DNA of 64,000 nt from the NCBI RefSeq assembly GCF_006345805.1, contig NC_042998.1, forward strand, positions 194,494,001-194,558,000, given 5' to 3'. Numbering within the stretch: the first letter of the stretch is position 1; each line of letters opens with the position of its first letter. The notes under the pieces are model-generated. The model was not told where the DNA came from, made no database searches, and worked only from the letters and a program-made list of their open reading frames with translations. Source of the DNA: Octopus sinensis. Taxonomy: Eukaryota. Both the position numbers and the translations under genes were made by a program. Shown here in pieces: positions 11,904 through 24,226 of this stretch.

Positions 11904-13124
11904 CTAAATAATAAGACAAAAAAACTATAATACATTTTTAATATAGACATATTAGGTATGATCGAGATAGCTTGCTTTCCGACCATGTAATCTTAGGTTT
12001 AATCCCATTGTGTGACATCTTAGGCAAGTTTCTTCTAATAAACTCCCAGGCCAACCAAAGCAATGTGAGTGAATTTGGTAAGATAGAAACTGGAAGAAGC
12101 CTATTGTATATATGCATGTATGAGAGAGAGTTTGTGTGTAACCATGTCTTGACATCACATGATGGTAGTAAATGAGTATTACCATTATAAAATACAATGA
12201 TTGCCATGCATGAAAGAAAATAAATATAACAAGTTACAACCAAGATGTGTGAGAGACTTTTTGGTCAAGCTGGACTGTTGATCTTGAAGACAAAGTTGAC
12301 AAACTGTTCGGGTGTGTGTAGAGGCAGCCGTTGGTCTGTTGGTTGTGTGGTGTTCATACGGCAACAATGTAGGCAGGCATCTAGTGGAGATGAAACCGGA
12401 GACTGGCTGGTGTCAGAGACGAGTTGCGTGGGGCCAGTGGCATGTGGCAAAGACCTAGCGCAGTCGAGAACTGCTGTTCTTATAGAGATCAGGAGGCTCC
12501 CAGAGCTGGTGATTAATTTCCAGCATAAGCAAAAATGAATACAATTGGATGGCTGGAAACTGACCAATACAAACAACAAGTTTGGCTAATCACATGGTCA
12601 TGTGATCTGCTAGAATGAAAAGGCCTGTGGAGCTGATATCTTGGTATTTAAGCCTAAACGACTCACAACGAAAATATCTCACACATAATAACAGTATAAA
12701 TCACTTCTGCTACACCATCATAGAAGTGATGTTGTTTGCTTTTAGTCTTCCATGAAAAATATCTCTCGCTATGAAGATGTATTAACTTACTTGGAAACAG
12801 GTGAGGATGGTTAACAAGAAAGGCATCCAGCTGTGGAAAATCTAACTCAACAAATTCCACTTAATCCATGCAAGTGTGGAAAAGTGGATGTGAAATGATG
12901 ATAACATAAGGTTGGATGGTTTATATATTGGTGCCAGTATTTATTTATAAATTATTTTAATTGTTTTATATGGCAATCATTGAACAACATTGTCATTGGT
13001 TACAGTTTTCCAACATGCCAATCACTGACTCACTGCATTTGTGGTGGCAAGAATGATAAGGGAGTATATATATAATTCAGGACAGAACAAATATCACAAT
13101 AGACTTGATTTGTAAAATCAAGTC

Positions 13125-13356
13125 TTACTCTTTACTCTTTTACTCTTTTACTTGTTTCAGTCATTTGACTGCGGCCATGCTGGAGCATCGCCTTTAGGCG
13201 AGCAAATTGACCCCGGGACTTATTCTTTGTAAGCCCAGTACTTATTCTATCGGTCTCTTTTGCTGAATCGCTAAGTGATGGGGACGTAAACACACCAGCG
13301 TCGGTTGTCAAGCAATGCTAGGGGGACAAACACATACACACAAACACACACACATG

Positions 13357-13401
<45 letters not shown>

Positions 13402-13535
13402 GACAGGCTTCTTTCAGTTTCCATCTACCAAATCCACTCACAAGGCATTGGTCGGCCCGGAGCTATAGCAGAAGACACTTGCCCAAGATGTCACGCAGTG
13501 GGACTGAACCCGGAACCATGTGGTTGGTTAGCTAA
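13125..13535 (-). mobile_element. SINE family A
   Basis: Reverse complement of the 5073 and 18304 copies. Confidence 0.9.
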
Positions 13536-13688
13536 TTATTGTTAGTAGGAGTCAAAACAAAAGTGAGAAGGGAACTAGGGGTATGGTGTAGATAGTTGCA
13601 TTAGAATGAACTCCTCTAAAGGAATTAAACTTTAATTCTGCACCTATAACCAATAAAATGTAATGAGATAAGAAAAGAAAATACAAAC

Positions 13689-13835
13689 CATTACTATCAG
13701 ACATATTATCCTTGCATGGCTCTAAATTCTCTGGGAAAACCACATTTTTGGGCTGAATAGGGTTTTGTGAAACAAGTTCTGCATAACGTTGTTGTGGGTC
13801 ATCTTTTAGGTTGTTGTTGGAAGAGCTGGAGTTCA
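13689..13835 (-). CDS. CCDC181: CCDC181-like exon (VNSSSSNNNLKDDPQQRYAELVSQNPIQPKNVVFPENLEPCKDNMSDSN)
   Basis: Acceptor gtgtatttatag|TG and donor G|gtttgt; 147 nt, symmetric phase 1-1, joins both neighbours in frame. Confidence 0.8.
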
Positions 13836-14250
13836 CTATAAATACACAAGTAAATATGTATACAAACATATACATGCACTTATGTATATATATATATATA
13901 AGCCTAAACGTGGTTATGGTGGTGAACATATAAATCAAGCTTGGACAGGAGACAGACAAGAACATGTCTTCCTCGTTCCAGATACAGCGGAGACAAAGAA
14001 AGAAACACAAGTTAGGAGAAGAAAGAAAGATGGCTGATGGTCACGTGAGCAAAGGAGGAGGAAAGAGGGAGCGAGTGTGACAGAGAAATAGGATAGAATA
14101 GTGGGAGAAGAGGAGGTAAAAGAATAAGAGAGAGGAAGAGAGAAAAACAAAAGAGTAAAAAGATCGTATAGAGTGCGTATCAGAATTATTAAGATAAAAC
14201 TTACCTGGAAGAGGATGTGTGGCATTCAATCATATAATGATATAAATAAT

Positions 14251-14415
14251 ATATATATATGCATATATACATACGTATATATACATACTTACATCTATAC
14301 ATATATATATATATATATATGTGCATATATACATACGTATATGTACATACTTACATCTATACATATATATATATATATATGCATATATACATACGTATAT
14401 ATACATACTTACATC

Positions 14416-14454
<39 letters not shown>

Positions 14455-15086
14455 TAAGCAATAAGGGTTTAGCAACGAGTTGCTTACCACATACCGAATT
14501 TAGAAATAGCAGTCAAAGGTTAGAGCTTTTCTTCTACTAAAAGGGAGATCTCAGTAAAACAGCATTTGGAAGGCAGACACAAACAGGTAAGAGAGAAGAA
14601 TTTGACTGCAATCTATCATACATTTTTTTAGTTATCCACGGACGTACGTTTCGAATCAAGTTTTAAGGAAAGCATAAGAACTAAATATAAATATTAAATA
14701 ATAAATATTCTATCCTACCGAAACTTCTTTTCTCTTCAGCGTAGAATACTATAATCATAAATGATTATATATTGAATTTGAGATACCAGAAGGCACCAAC
14801 TCCACTCAGATCGAGCGAGCTAGAATCCTCAACTGGTATCACCGAATTCAATTGTGAATGAAACGATTGTGTCAACAGCCCCTTCCCACCCGCGTGTAGC
14901 CAAAACAAGATGCTGTGGTCATCTACTGAGATAAAATATGGTTATCCGTAATAATGAAGGGTGAAATTAATTAATTTGGAAAATTATCAATTACACCAAG
15001 TAGTCTTCGGCATGTAAAAGCCTCATTCGAGGAAAATTTAAGTAATACTAAGCAATAAGGGTTTAGCAATGTACATACTTACATCT

Positions 15087-15151
<65 letters not shown>

Positions 15152-15215
15152 CATATATACATACGTATATGTACATACTACATCTATACATACATATATA
15201 TATATATATATATAT
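14251..15215. repeat. TA/CATA-derived ~50-bp minisatellite interrupted by a 569-bp insert between 25-bp direct repeats
   Basis: Unit gcatatatacatacgtatatatacatacttacatctatac; atactaagcaataagggtttagcaa at 14451-14475 and 15045-15069. Confidence 0.8.
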
Positions 15216-15480
15216 GCATATGTGGGCACAGTACGTCACGAAATGTGTACAAAAAAAAAATCCGAAGTACGAGTAGATGGAACATGAACTATTTTTCGAA
15301 CAACAAAAGACACAAATGGAAAACAAGACAAACATCATAAAGAACGACCCTTCATCAGTTGTTGGCTATTTACACACACACAAGCTGTGGTACCTCATGT
15401 TGCTTGGGTACTGAAGATATGAAACGGTTTGTTTCTTTTATTCTTAAATGGTTTAAATAATTGAGAATTTTTATGTAATA

Positions 15481-15879
15481 TCTTTATGTATAAAAGTGAG
15501 GTTGTGTGCTGTCTGTCTCCTACGATTTAGATTCCTAACTACTCCCACATTTTGCGGTGCAGTTTAACCAAAAGCGGGTATCTTATAGTCGTGATTCATA
15601 TCGAGCCCTTCTGGGTATTAGCGCACGTCTACGATGAGTCTACAATTTTTAAAAATATTTACCATCAATTTTTCCCATTTTTAATGCATTTTTGGCATAT
15701 ATAAGGGAAGTAACTCTCTAAAAATGTATTATTAAATCTCAGAACGTAAAAAGCTACAGTAACACCCCCCCCCCTTTGTGGTTAGCCATATTGAGATGGC
15801 TATTATACTTTACATCTCTAAAAATGCTTATATAGTTATTTCCCTTACAAACCCGAGCAATGCCGGGCGATACTGCTAG
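15481..15879 (+). mobile_element. Non-autonomous Helitron (family B)
   Basis: A|TC…cccgagcaatgccgggcg hairpin…CTAG|T; second copy at 45870. Confidence 0.85.
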
Positions 15880-15922
15880 TTATATATCAATATGTATCAA
15901 TATCCACCAAGAAATATATATC

Positions 15923-16441
15923 GTCATCATCATCATCACCACCACCATTGTTTAATATCAGCTTTCCATGCTGACATTGGTTGGTCGGTTTGACATGGAA
16001 CTGGCTAGCAGGGAGCTGTCCAGACCCCAATTGTCTGTTGTGGCGTGGTTTCTACAGCTGGATGCCCTTCCCAGCGCCAACCCTTTAACAGAGGGTGCTG
16101 GCCACTGGCATGGGTGCATTTATGCAGTGCTTGCATGGATGCTTTTCATGTGGCACACCACCTGAAAGGAGAAGTCTGCATGTGGGGAAGACAGTGATTT
16201 TACTTAGTTTGATATGCCGCATCTCTCAGTCACTTGTCATTTCCTCAGTGAGGCCAGCATCTGAAGATCCTTTCCCACCATCATCATCATCATCGTTTAA
16301 CGTCCGCTTTCCATGCTAGCATGGGTTGGACGATTTGACTGAGGTCTGGCAAACCAGATGGCTGCACCAGACTCCAATCTCATCTGGCAAAGTTTCTACA
16401 GCTGGATGCCCTTCCTAACGCCAACCACTCTGAGAGTGTAG
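15923..16441 (-). mobile_element. Two SINE family D copies
   Basis: Two (CAT)n-headed segments with gatgcccttcc…gccaacc. Confidence 0.8.
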
Positions 16442-16454
16442 TATATATATATAT

Positions 16455-16757
16455 CACCGTGACCGACCAGGCTATCAGATGTTGCTACACATCGCTGGTC
16501 ACAATGCGCTTCGCATTGTTTTAGCCTTCAAACGACACCACCTCGCTGGCTAAGCGAGCAGGCCAACAGAAGAAAGAGTGAGAGAAAGTTGTGGCGAAAG
16601 AGTACAGCAGGGATTGCCACCACCCCCTGCTGGAACCTGGTGGAGCTTTAGGTGTTTTCACTCAATAAACACTCACAATGCCCGGTCTGGGAATCAAAGC
16701 CGCGATCCTACAACCGTGAGTCCGCAGCCATAACAACTGGGCCATTGCGCCTTCACT
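16455..16757 (-). mobile_element. SINE family B subfamily
   Basis: Reverse complement of the ggcgcaatggcccagt head ends at ~16757. Confidence 0.8.
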
Positions 16758-16765
16758 TATATATA

Positions 16766-17370
16766 TATAACTACATGTATAAATATAAACAAACTAATAT
16801 TTTTTTTAGGAAGCATTGAAATGTGTATTGAACTACGTGTATAAATATAAACAAACTAACATTTTTTTATAAGCATTGAAATGCATATTGAACAATACAA
16901 ATTAGATGATATTTTTTCAAATGCAGAATTGCCGTTAGAACAGCAGCAATACTAGGTAGATTACCTTTACAAAGTGGAAAAATTTGTCAACAGACTACTG
17001 CTATAGAACTCAAACTTATATCATTCAAAGACTTCAGCTGAGTGCTTTACCATTAAGCTAAACTGCCCATTGACAAATTTATGTTTGTTTATATTTATAA
17101 ATGTTAATTTGTTTATATTTATATATGTAGTTGTATATTTAGCTATTTAGCATCTAAAATCATGGATAAATTTGTCAGTGGGCAGTTTAGCTTAATGGTA
17201 AAGAACTCAGCTGGAGCCTTTGAGGGATATGGGTTTGAATCCCATGGTGATTGTTGACAAATTTTTCCGCTTTTGTAAGAGTAATCTACCTCATATTTCT
17301 GAAGTTCTAATGACAATTCTGCATTCGAAAAAAAGTATCTAAGTATCATCTAATTTGTATTGTTCAACAA
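16766..17370. repeat. Nested foldback containing two divergent tRNA-like heads
   Basis: Arms ~16891-17081 and ~17167-17366; A-box tagcttaatggtaaag and B-box ggtttgaatccc. Confidence 0.75.
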
Positions 17371-17391
17371 TATATATATATATATATATAT

Positions 17392-17712
17392 CATCATCAT
17401 CATCATTTAACGTCTGCTTTCCATGCTCACATGGGTTGGACAATTTGACTGAGGACTGGCGAACCAGATGGCTGCACCAGGCTCCAACCTCATCTGGCAG
17501 AGTTTATACAGCTGGATGCCCTTCCTAATGCCAACCACTCTGAGAGTGTAGTGGGTGCTTTTACATGCCACCAGCACAAGGGCCAGTCAGGCAGTACTGG
17601 CAATGGCCACGCTCAAGTGGTGTCTTTTATGTGCCACCTGCAAAGGAGCCATCATCATTTAGCGTCCGTTTTCCATGCTAGCATGGGTTGGACGTATATG
17701 CTAGCATGGGTT
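17392..17712 (-). mobile_element. SINE family D plus a 3' stub
   Basis: Family consensus match. Confidence 0.8.
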
Positions 17713-17713
17713 G

Positions 17714-17766
<53 letters not shown>

Positions 17767-18099
17767 ACACATTATCATTATCATATACTTAATGTGTGTG
17801 TGTACAGTAAATGCTACTGTAGCAAGCAACTGTATTTCAACTAAGAGAAATCCCTTTAAAAATGTATCATGTTAAAAAAACACAGCATACTTCAAAGCAA
17901 GGTGAAATGAAATGTAGTAAATTAGACTGAGCAAATTATACTACAACCACTGACTGTCCATCTAACACTATCACTCGTAGCTATCTAAATAACTGAAATA
18001 CAACGTCTACTGCGAATAATCAACATATTGATGAACCCAATTCCAATAACAGAACTGTTAATGATAATGGAGCTGAAGCACTAATAATCATACCTACCA

Positions 18100-18915
18100 A
18101 TAATCAGACTCACCTTACTCTATGTAATCACTGTAATAAATCATCATGTCCAACTAATAACCAGTGCATTAAGAAAAATATAGTGTATAAGTGCTCTATC
18201 ACTGCTCTTGGTAAAGAATATGTTTATACTGGTGCATCCCGTTCCTCATTTAAACTTCACTGGAATAATCACAAATCTACTTTTAGATATAAAGAAAAGG
18301 TTAATGGGTACAGGAGTGGCTGTGTGGTAAGTAGCTTGCTAACCAACCACATGGTTCTGGGTTCAGTCCCACTGTATGGCACCTTGGGCAAGTGTCTTCT
18401 GCTATAGCCCCGGGCCGACCAATGCCTTGTGAGTGGATTTGGTAGACGGAAACTGAAAGAAGCCTGTTGTATATATGTATATATATATATGTGCGTGTAT
18501 GTTTGTGTGTCTGTGTTTGTCCCCCTAGCATTGCTTGACAACTGATGCTGGTGTGTTTACGTCCCCGTTACTTAGCGGTTTGGCAAAAGAGACCGATAGA
18601 ATAAGTACTGGGCTTACAAAAGAATAAGTCCCGGGGTCAAGTTGCTCGATTAAAGGCGGTGCTCCAGCATGGCCGCAGTCAAATGACTGAAACAAGTAAA
18701 AGAGTAAAGAGAGTACATCTCTAGCTAAATTTATACATTCTCCCACTGTTAATAACATTAAATATAAAACTGCTTGGTCTATCATATGTAATGCACAACC
18801 ACATAAAGGTGACAGTGGTTGGTGTGGACTCTGTGTATCTGAGGTGTTTGGTATTAAGAAAATTAATCAAATACTGTTAATCAATGTGGTGAATTGATTA
18901 TAAGATGCCAGCGCC
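18100..18915 (+). mobile_element. Penelope-like GIY-YIG endonuclease fragment split by a SINE A insertion (18304-18710)
   Basis: CNHCNKSSCPTNNQCIKKNIVYKCS…YVYTGASRSSFKLHWNNHKSTFRYKEKVN|STSLAKFIHS…AWSIICNAQPHKGDSGWCGLCVSE. Confidence 0.8.
18304..18710 (+). mobile_element. SINE family A (young)
   Basis: Full length with gagtaaaagagtaaagag tail. Confidence 0.9.
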
Positions 18916-19245
18916 TTAAATATAAATTGTTCCTATATGCTAACTATTCCTAATCTAAAACTTAATTATTATACCTTTACTAATAAACTTTTTAACCTAG
19001 ATCAATGCAACTGAATAATTCTATACCCATGGATAACCATAACTTGGTCCCACTTTAGTAACAGTTAGACATTCTGTTATTTGTAAAAATACTTTTTATC
19101 CATTGATATATAGAATCCCAGTCCATAATATCCATACCTTATGCCCTAACTATTTTTTACATATTGCTGAAGTTGTTACCCTCTGATGACTGCCTAGGTT
19201 CTGTAATCCTATACCTCACACTCCTAATTGTTTCTGTCTTAGATA

Positions 19246-19279
<34 letters not shown>

Positions 19280-19579
19280 CATAGTTCATTAATATTACTT
19301 ATATAATCCCATTGGCAGATTCAGTCTAATAAAAGTGTTTTCTTTTTAGCATTATGGACTAGCTATATGCTTACATCCATAAGACCAATTCTCAGACAGA
19401 CTTAAAGTAGACCTTGAAGTGTGAGAGTATGTCATTGATGATGTTGAGAGTAGCTACGAAAGGGCTCTGGCAGAGGAGACTAACAATCGACTGATTGTTC
19501 AATCAACACAATAAACAAACCATTGGATAATTAATTGGTAAATTAAAGAAGTGTTATTGAGCCAGTGCATGTGTTTATT

Positions 19580-20022
19580 TTAATTGCTGGTGCCATGTAG
19601 AAAGCACTGGTGCTGGTGTCACATAAAAATCATCCAGTACATTCTGTAAACTGGTTGGTGTTAGGAAGGGCATCCAGCTGTGGAAATCAAGCCAAAACAG
19701 ACTATGAAACCTGGCATGACCATGGCCTTGTCAGCTCATAGCAAGCTGTCAACCCATGCCAACATGGAAAACAGATGTTAAATGATGATGATGACCCTCC
19801 TTAGACACAACATAATTTATTGTACCTGTGCAGGTGGCACGTAAAAAGCACCCACTACACTCGCGGAGTGGTTGGCGTTAGGAAGGGCATCCAGCTGTAG
19901 AAACACTGCCAGACCAGACTGGAGCCTGGGGCAGCCCCTGGCTCCCCAGACCCCGGTCGAAACCGTCCAACCCGTGCTAGCGCGGAAAACGGACGTTAAA
20001 CAATGATGATGATGATGATGAA
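19580..20022 (+). mobile_element. Two SINE family D copies
   Basis: Each ends gttaaa…(GAT)n. Confidence 0.8.
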
Positions 20023-20137
20023 ATAATAAGTACAATAAATAAATTTGTAACATTTACTTCTCACACCTAGAATACTTTGATTATATATCCATTTTTGCTT
20101 TCTGTTAAAGGTAGATAAAATAGTAAAGATGTCATAC

Positions 20138-20462
20138 CTGGGCCGACAGTTTCTTCAATGACAGAATCATTTTCCTCCATATCACTACATGCTTCAGCAC
20201 TCTGGGATATATTTCTGGCATTAGTCTCTGCTTTTCTTATCTCTTGGTCTGCATTGCCTGACATTACTTCTGTCTCTTTCATGTCAACAATTTCCTTTCC
20301 CTGCTTAGCAAGGGAGTCTTCATCTGAAGGAGGAACAACTGAAATTGAAGGGACTGGAGTTTTGGGTTTAAATTCTTTGTTGGTGTATCTTTTTGGTGCT
20401 TGTGGTGAATTCCTTCCAATTTCTTCGTGTATTTCTTCATCAGGAGAAAGATAGGTATGATC
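20138..20462 (-). CDS. CCDC181: CCDC181-like acidic exon (DHTYLSPDEEIHEE…SISVVPPSDED…IEETVGP)
   Basis: Acceptor caattttacag|GAT and donor CAG|gtatga; 325 nt open, phase 0 to 1. VVPPSDED is reminiscent of recalled human LEVPPLED. Confidence 0.82.
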
Positions 20463-20571
20463 CTGTAAAATTGAAAATGGTGAAACAATTCCAAATGAAA
20501 GATGGCATTGACTGACTTTTTAGCTGTTTGGGTACAATCTGATGCTGCTGAAGATTGCCATCTGTTTTGTC

Positions 20572-21065
20572 ATTATTAAGTAGGGAGGTTGACTTTGCCT
20601 TTTATCCTTTAGGGGCATATAAATTAAGTACCAGTTAAGCGACTTATCCCTCCTTCAAAACTGCGGGCCTTATGCCAAAATTGAAACCATTATTAAGTAG
20701 GGAGTTAAACTGGTGAGCTGACAGAATAGCTAGCATGCCAGACAAAATGCTTAGCAACATTTCTTCTGATTTAACATTCCGCATTCAGATGCTACCAAGG
20801 TTAACTTTACCATTTAACCTATCAGGATCAATAAAATAAATATGTGTTAAGCACTGGGATCAATATAGGTGACTCCTCTCTCCTCAGAATTGCCAGCCCT
20901 GCACAAAAATTTCAAAAAGTTGTTAAGTGGGGAGTTAAAGTAGCAGGTTGGTAGAATCATTAGATCATTGGAAAATACTTTGTGTATTCTAACACTTTAC
21001 ATTCTGGGTTCAAATCCCACCAAAGTCAACTTGGCCTTTCATTCTTCCAGGGCTGATAAAATAAA
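20572..21065 (+). mobile_element. Head-to-tail trimer of degenerate SINE family C
   Basis: Three gactttgcc/aactttacc/aacttggcc…ataaa segments separated by attattaagtagggag-like motifs. Confidence 0.65.
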
Positions 21066-21336
21066 GAAACCTTTTATAGATTTGTGTAATACATCATACA
21101 AGCAATGGTAAAATCAATATTAATCTAGGATGATGATGATCTTTCCTATTGTATTCTTAATCCTGTAAAGCTGTATTCTTGATATACTGGGAATTTTGGA
21201 ATTGACCCTGCCAAATTACTGATATAGTGGGAATGGGGAAGCTCCCTGTAAAACCTAGGTCAAACAAAGAATAAATCAGCCAATCAGAATAAAGTTCGAT
21301 TATTAGTTTGTTTACAAATGTATGCTTGGAGATACT

Positions 21337-21725
21337 CTTTTACTTGTTTCAGTTATTTGACTGCGGCCATGCTGGAGCACTGCCTTTAATCGAGCAACTC
21401 GACCCCGGGACTTATTCTTTGTAAGCCCAGTACTTATTCTATCGGTCTCTTTTGCTGAACTGCTAAGTGACGGGGACATAAACACACCAGCATCGGTTGT
21501 CAAGCAATGCTAGGGGGACAAACACAAACATACAGGCACACAGACATATACATATATATATATATACATATATACGACGGGCTTCTTTCAGTTTCCGTCT
21601 ACCAAATCCACTCACAAGGCATTGGTCGGCCCGAGGCTATAGTAAAAGACACTTGCCCAAGATGACACGCAGTGGGACTGAACCCAGAACTATGTGGTTG
21701 GTAAACAAGTTACCTACCACACAGC
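21337..21725 (-). mobile_element. SINE family A
   Basis: Reverse complement of the 18304 copy. Confidence 0.9.
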
Positions 21726-22139
21726 TTAAGTTTTTCTGACTTTTTTTTTATCATGTAGCAAAGCTCACTGCAGCTAAGTATTTCTGGAGAAAAAGGCAAA
21801 GGTATAGGATATTCACACCTGCAGAAGTACTGCAGGAATTTGAATATTCTGTTGAGCATGAAGGAGAATTCTATCAAATATATTCCATAGATGAGTTAGA
21901 ACCAATTGACACAAATGTTTGAGGGGGTGGGGGTCCTTAGAAGTAGTAGATGGCTTCTGTTACCTAGACGATTAAGTTAGCAGTGGAGGAGGATACTCTG
22001 AAAGCATAGTTGCTAGAGTAAGAATCATCATCATCATCATCATCGTTTCACGTCCGCTTTCCATGCTAGCATGGGTTGGATGAATGACTGAGGGTTGGAA
22101 AAACCAGATGGCTGCACCAGGTTTCAATCTTGATCTGGT

Positions 22140-22860
22140 TGAATGGTTGAGCAAAGTTCAGAGAGCTACTATCTTTGTTGGTAACAAAGGCCCTCCCCGC
22201 AGAGTGAAAGACGGACTGTATGATGCATGTGTACAGACAACTATGCTACATAGCAGTGAAACATGGGGCTCTGACTACAGAAGACATGTGAAGGCTTGAA
22301 AGAAAAGAAGCTGGATAGGTTGTGTCAGTGTGCATGTGATGACAGTGTAAAGGATTTAAGAGGAAAATGGGGATAAGAGACATCAGATGTTGATTGCAAG
22401 AGAGAAGACTGCACTGGTATGGTTATGTGATGCATATGGATGAGGACAGCTACATATAGAAGTGCTGGTCTCTAATTGTGAAGGGGACCTGTGGAAGGGG
22501 TAGACCCAAGATGGTATGGGACGAAAGGCGGCGATCTGGCAGAAACGTTAGCACGCCGGGTGAAATGCTTCGTGGTATGTCGTCTGTCGTAACGTTGTGA
22601 GTTCAAATTCCTCCTAGGTCGACTTTGCCTATCATCCTTTCAGGGTCGATAAATTAAGTACCAGTTACGCACTGGGGATTGATATAATCGACTTAGTACC
22701 TATGTCTGTCCTTGTTTGTCCCCTCTGTGTTTAGCCCCTTGAGGGTAATAAAGAAATAGGTATGGGACGAAATAGTGAGAAATGATCTTCAGATGTTGAG
22801 CTTCACAGAAGAGATTACGAGGAACTGAGACTTCTGGTGATTTGCTTTGCTTAAGAAGTC
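22140..22860 (+). mobile_element. RTE-clade LINE 3' fragment
   Basis: KGPPRRVKDGLYDACVQTTMLHSSETW and RRLHWYGYVMHMDEDS…GTCGRGRP motifs. Confidence 0.8.
22527..22758 (+). mobile_element. SINE family C inserted in the RTE fragment, 14-bp TSD
   Basis: ggtatgggacgaaa at 22513-22526 and 22759-22772. Confidence 0.92.
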
Positions 22861-23689
22861 ATGTCAGCTAAGTAAAATCATGATTGTCCATACATAGTGG
22901 CATGTCCTTTATGGTCCTCAAAGGACATGCTCCCCCACACACAAAATATGTCCTGCGTCAAAACCTTTGCACAATCCATCTTCCCAATGCCGTCACAACC
23001 TGCTGCAGGCCCCTCCCCTCCCCTCCTCCCTCACGTGCCTATCAGAACACTCTCCACACCTTCACATATCTACCATACCCCACTTCCCAGCCACTCCAAT
23101 TTCTCTCAACCTCACTTGTTACAGTCATGTCCCCCCCCCCCCGTCTCTAAATATCTCCCCCTCACACTCTTATGGAACATCTTTTTCAATCCTCTCTGTA
23201 CTACTTATACTCTCCTCCCCCCCACCACTGTTCCATGTGAGTAGAATCAGATACATTTCCAGCATAATAAATTTCTCCTCCATTCTAACTGTCTCTCTCT
23301 ATCTCTTTCTAACTCTCTCTCTCTCACCTTCCTCTTCTTCCTTGTCCTACAGAGATGGCCAAGTATCTCCTCAATAACAAGACAACTACTTCCGTTCTTC
23401 TGTTATAATCCAAACTCTCACCTAGCTCACAGTCGTTTCCCTCAGTTCCATTCACTCTCTTAGCTGAGAGGTCTCTGTCTTGCAAGCTACTTGTCAACTC
23501 CACTGTGCTGGTTCCACATAGAAAACAGCTGTGCTGGTGCCATATAAAAAGCACCTGTGCTGATTTCATATAAAAAGCACCCAGTACACTCTGTAAAGTG
23601 GTTGGTGTTAAGAAGGGCATCCTGCTGTAGAATCTATGCCAAAACAGGCAATGATGATGATGATGATGATGATATATAATATGTACATG

Positions 23690-23813
23690 TGTGTGTGTGT
23701 GCATGCATGCGTGTATGTGCGGGGTGTGCGTGCATGTGTGTGTGTGCATATGTGTGGGGTGTGCATGCATGTGTGTGTGTGCATATGTGTATATGTGTGG
23801 GGAGTGTACGTGC

Positions 23814-23886
<73 letters not shown>
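23690..23886. repeat. Compound (GT)n/(GCAT) microsatellite
   Basis: Long tgtg run. Confidence 0.95.
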
Positions 23887-23889
<3 letters not shown>

Positions 23890-24226
23890 CTTTGGTCACT
23901 GTTATAGTGTGGAGATGAAGAAGAAAAAGTAAAAATCAGAGTTTTACAAATGAAGCCCCTTGTGATATTTGTTCTGCAGCAAGTTACAGACACTCTCTTG
24001 TCATTCACGCTGTCAGAAATGCAGTGAATCAGTGACTGACATGTTGGAAACTTGGATCCAACAATACTTATGCTCATCAATTATAATATAAACGATATAT
24101 ATATATATATATGTATACAGATATTGCTCCAGAGGGCTTCTCTTTTGGATATGACTGGATTTATGTACATATCATTGCAAAGTTGTGTGGTATATTTGTT
24201 ATTAGTCAGTGTGTGTGTCTTTTTCA

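Noticed and set aside
14173-15340. YIYI/THTH/VCVC-rich ORFs here and at 23324-24080, 49666-50046 and 52194-52557
   Set aside because: Translations of microsatellites.
21780-21915. Plus-strand RKRQRYRIFTPAEVLQEFEYS… frame
   Set aside because: No start or splice support; resembles a transposase N-terminal relic but is too short to call.
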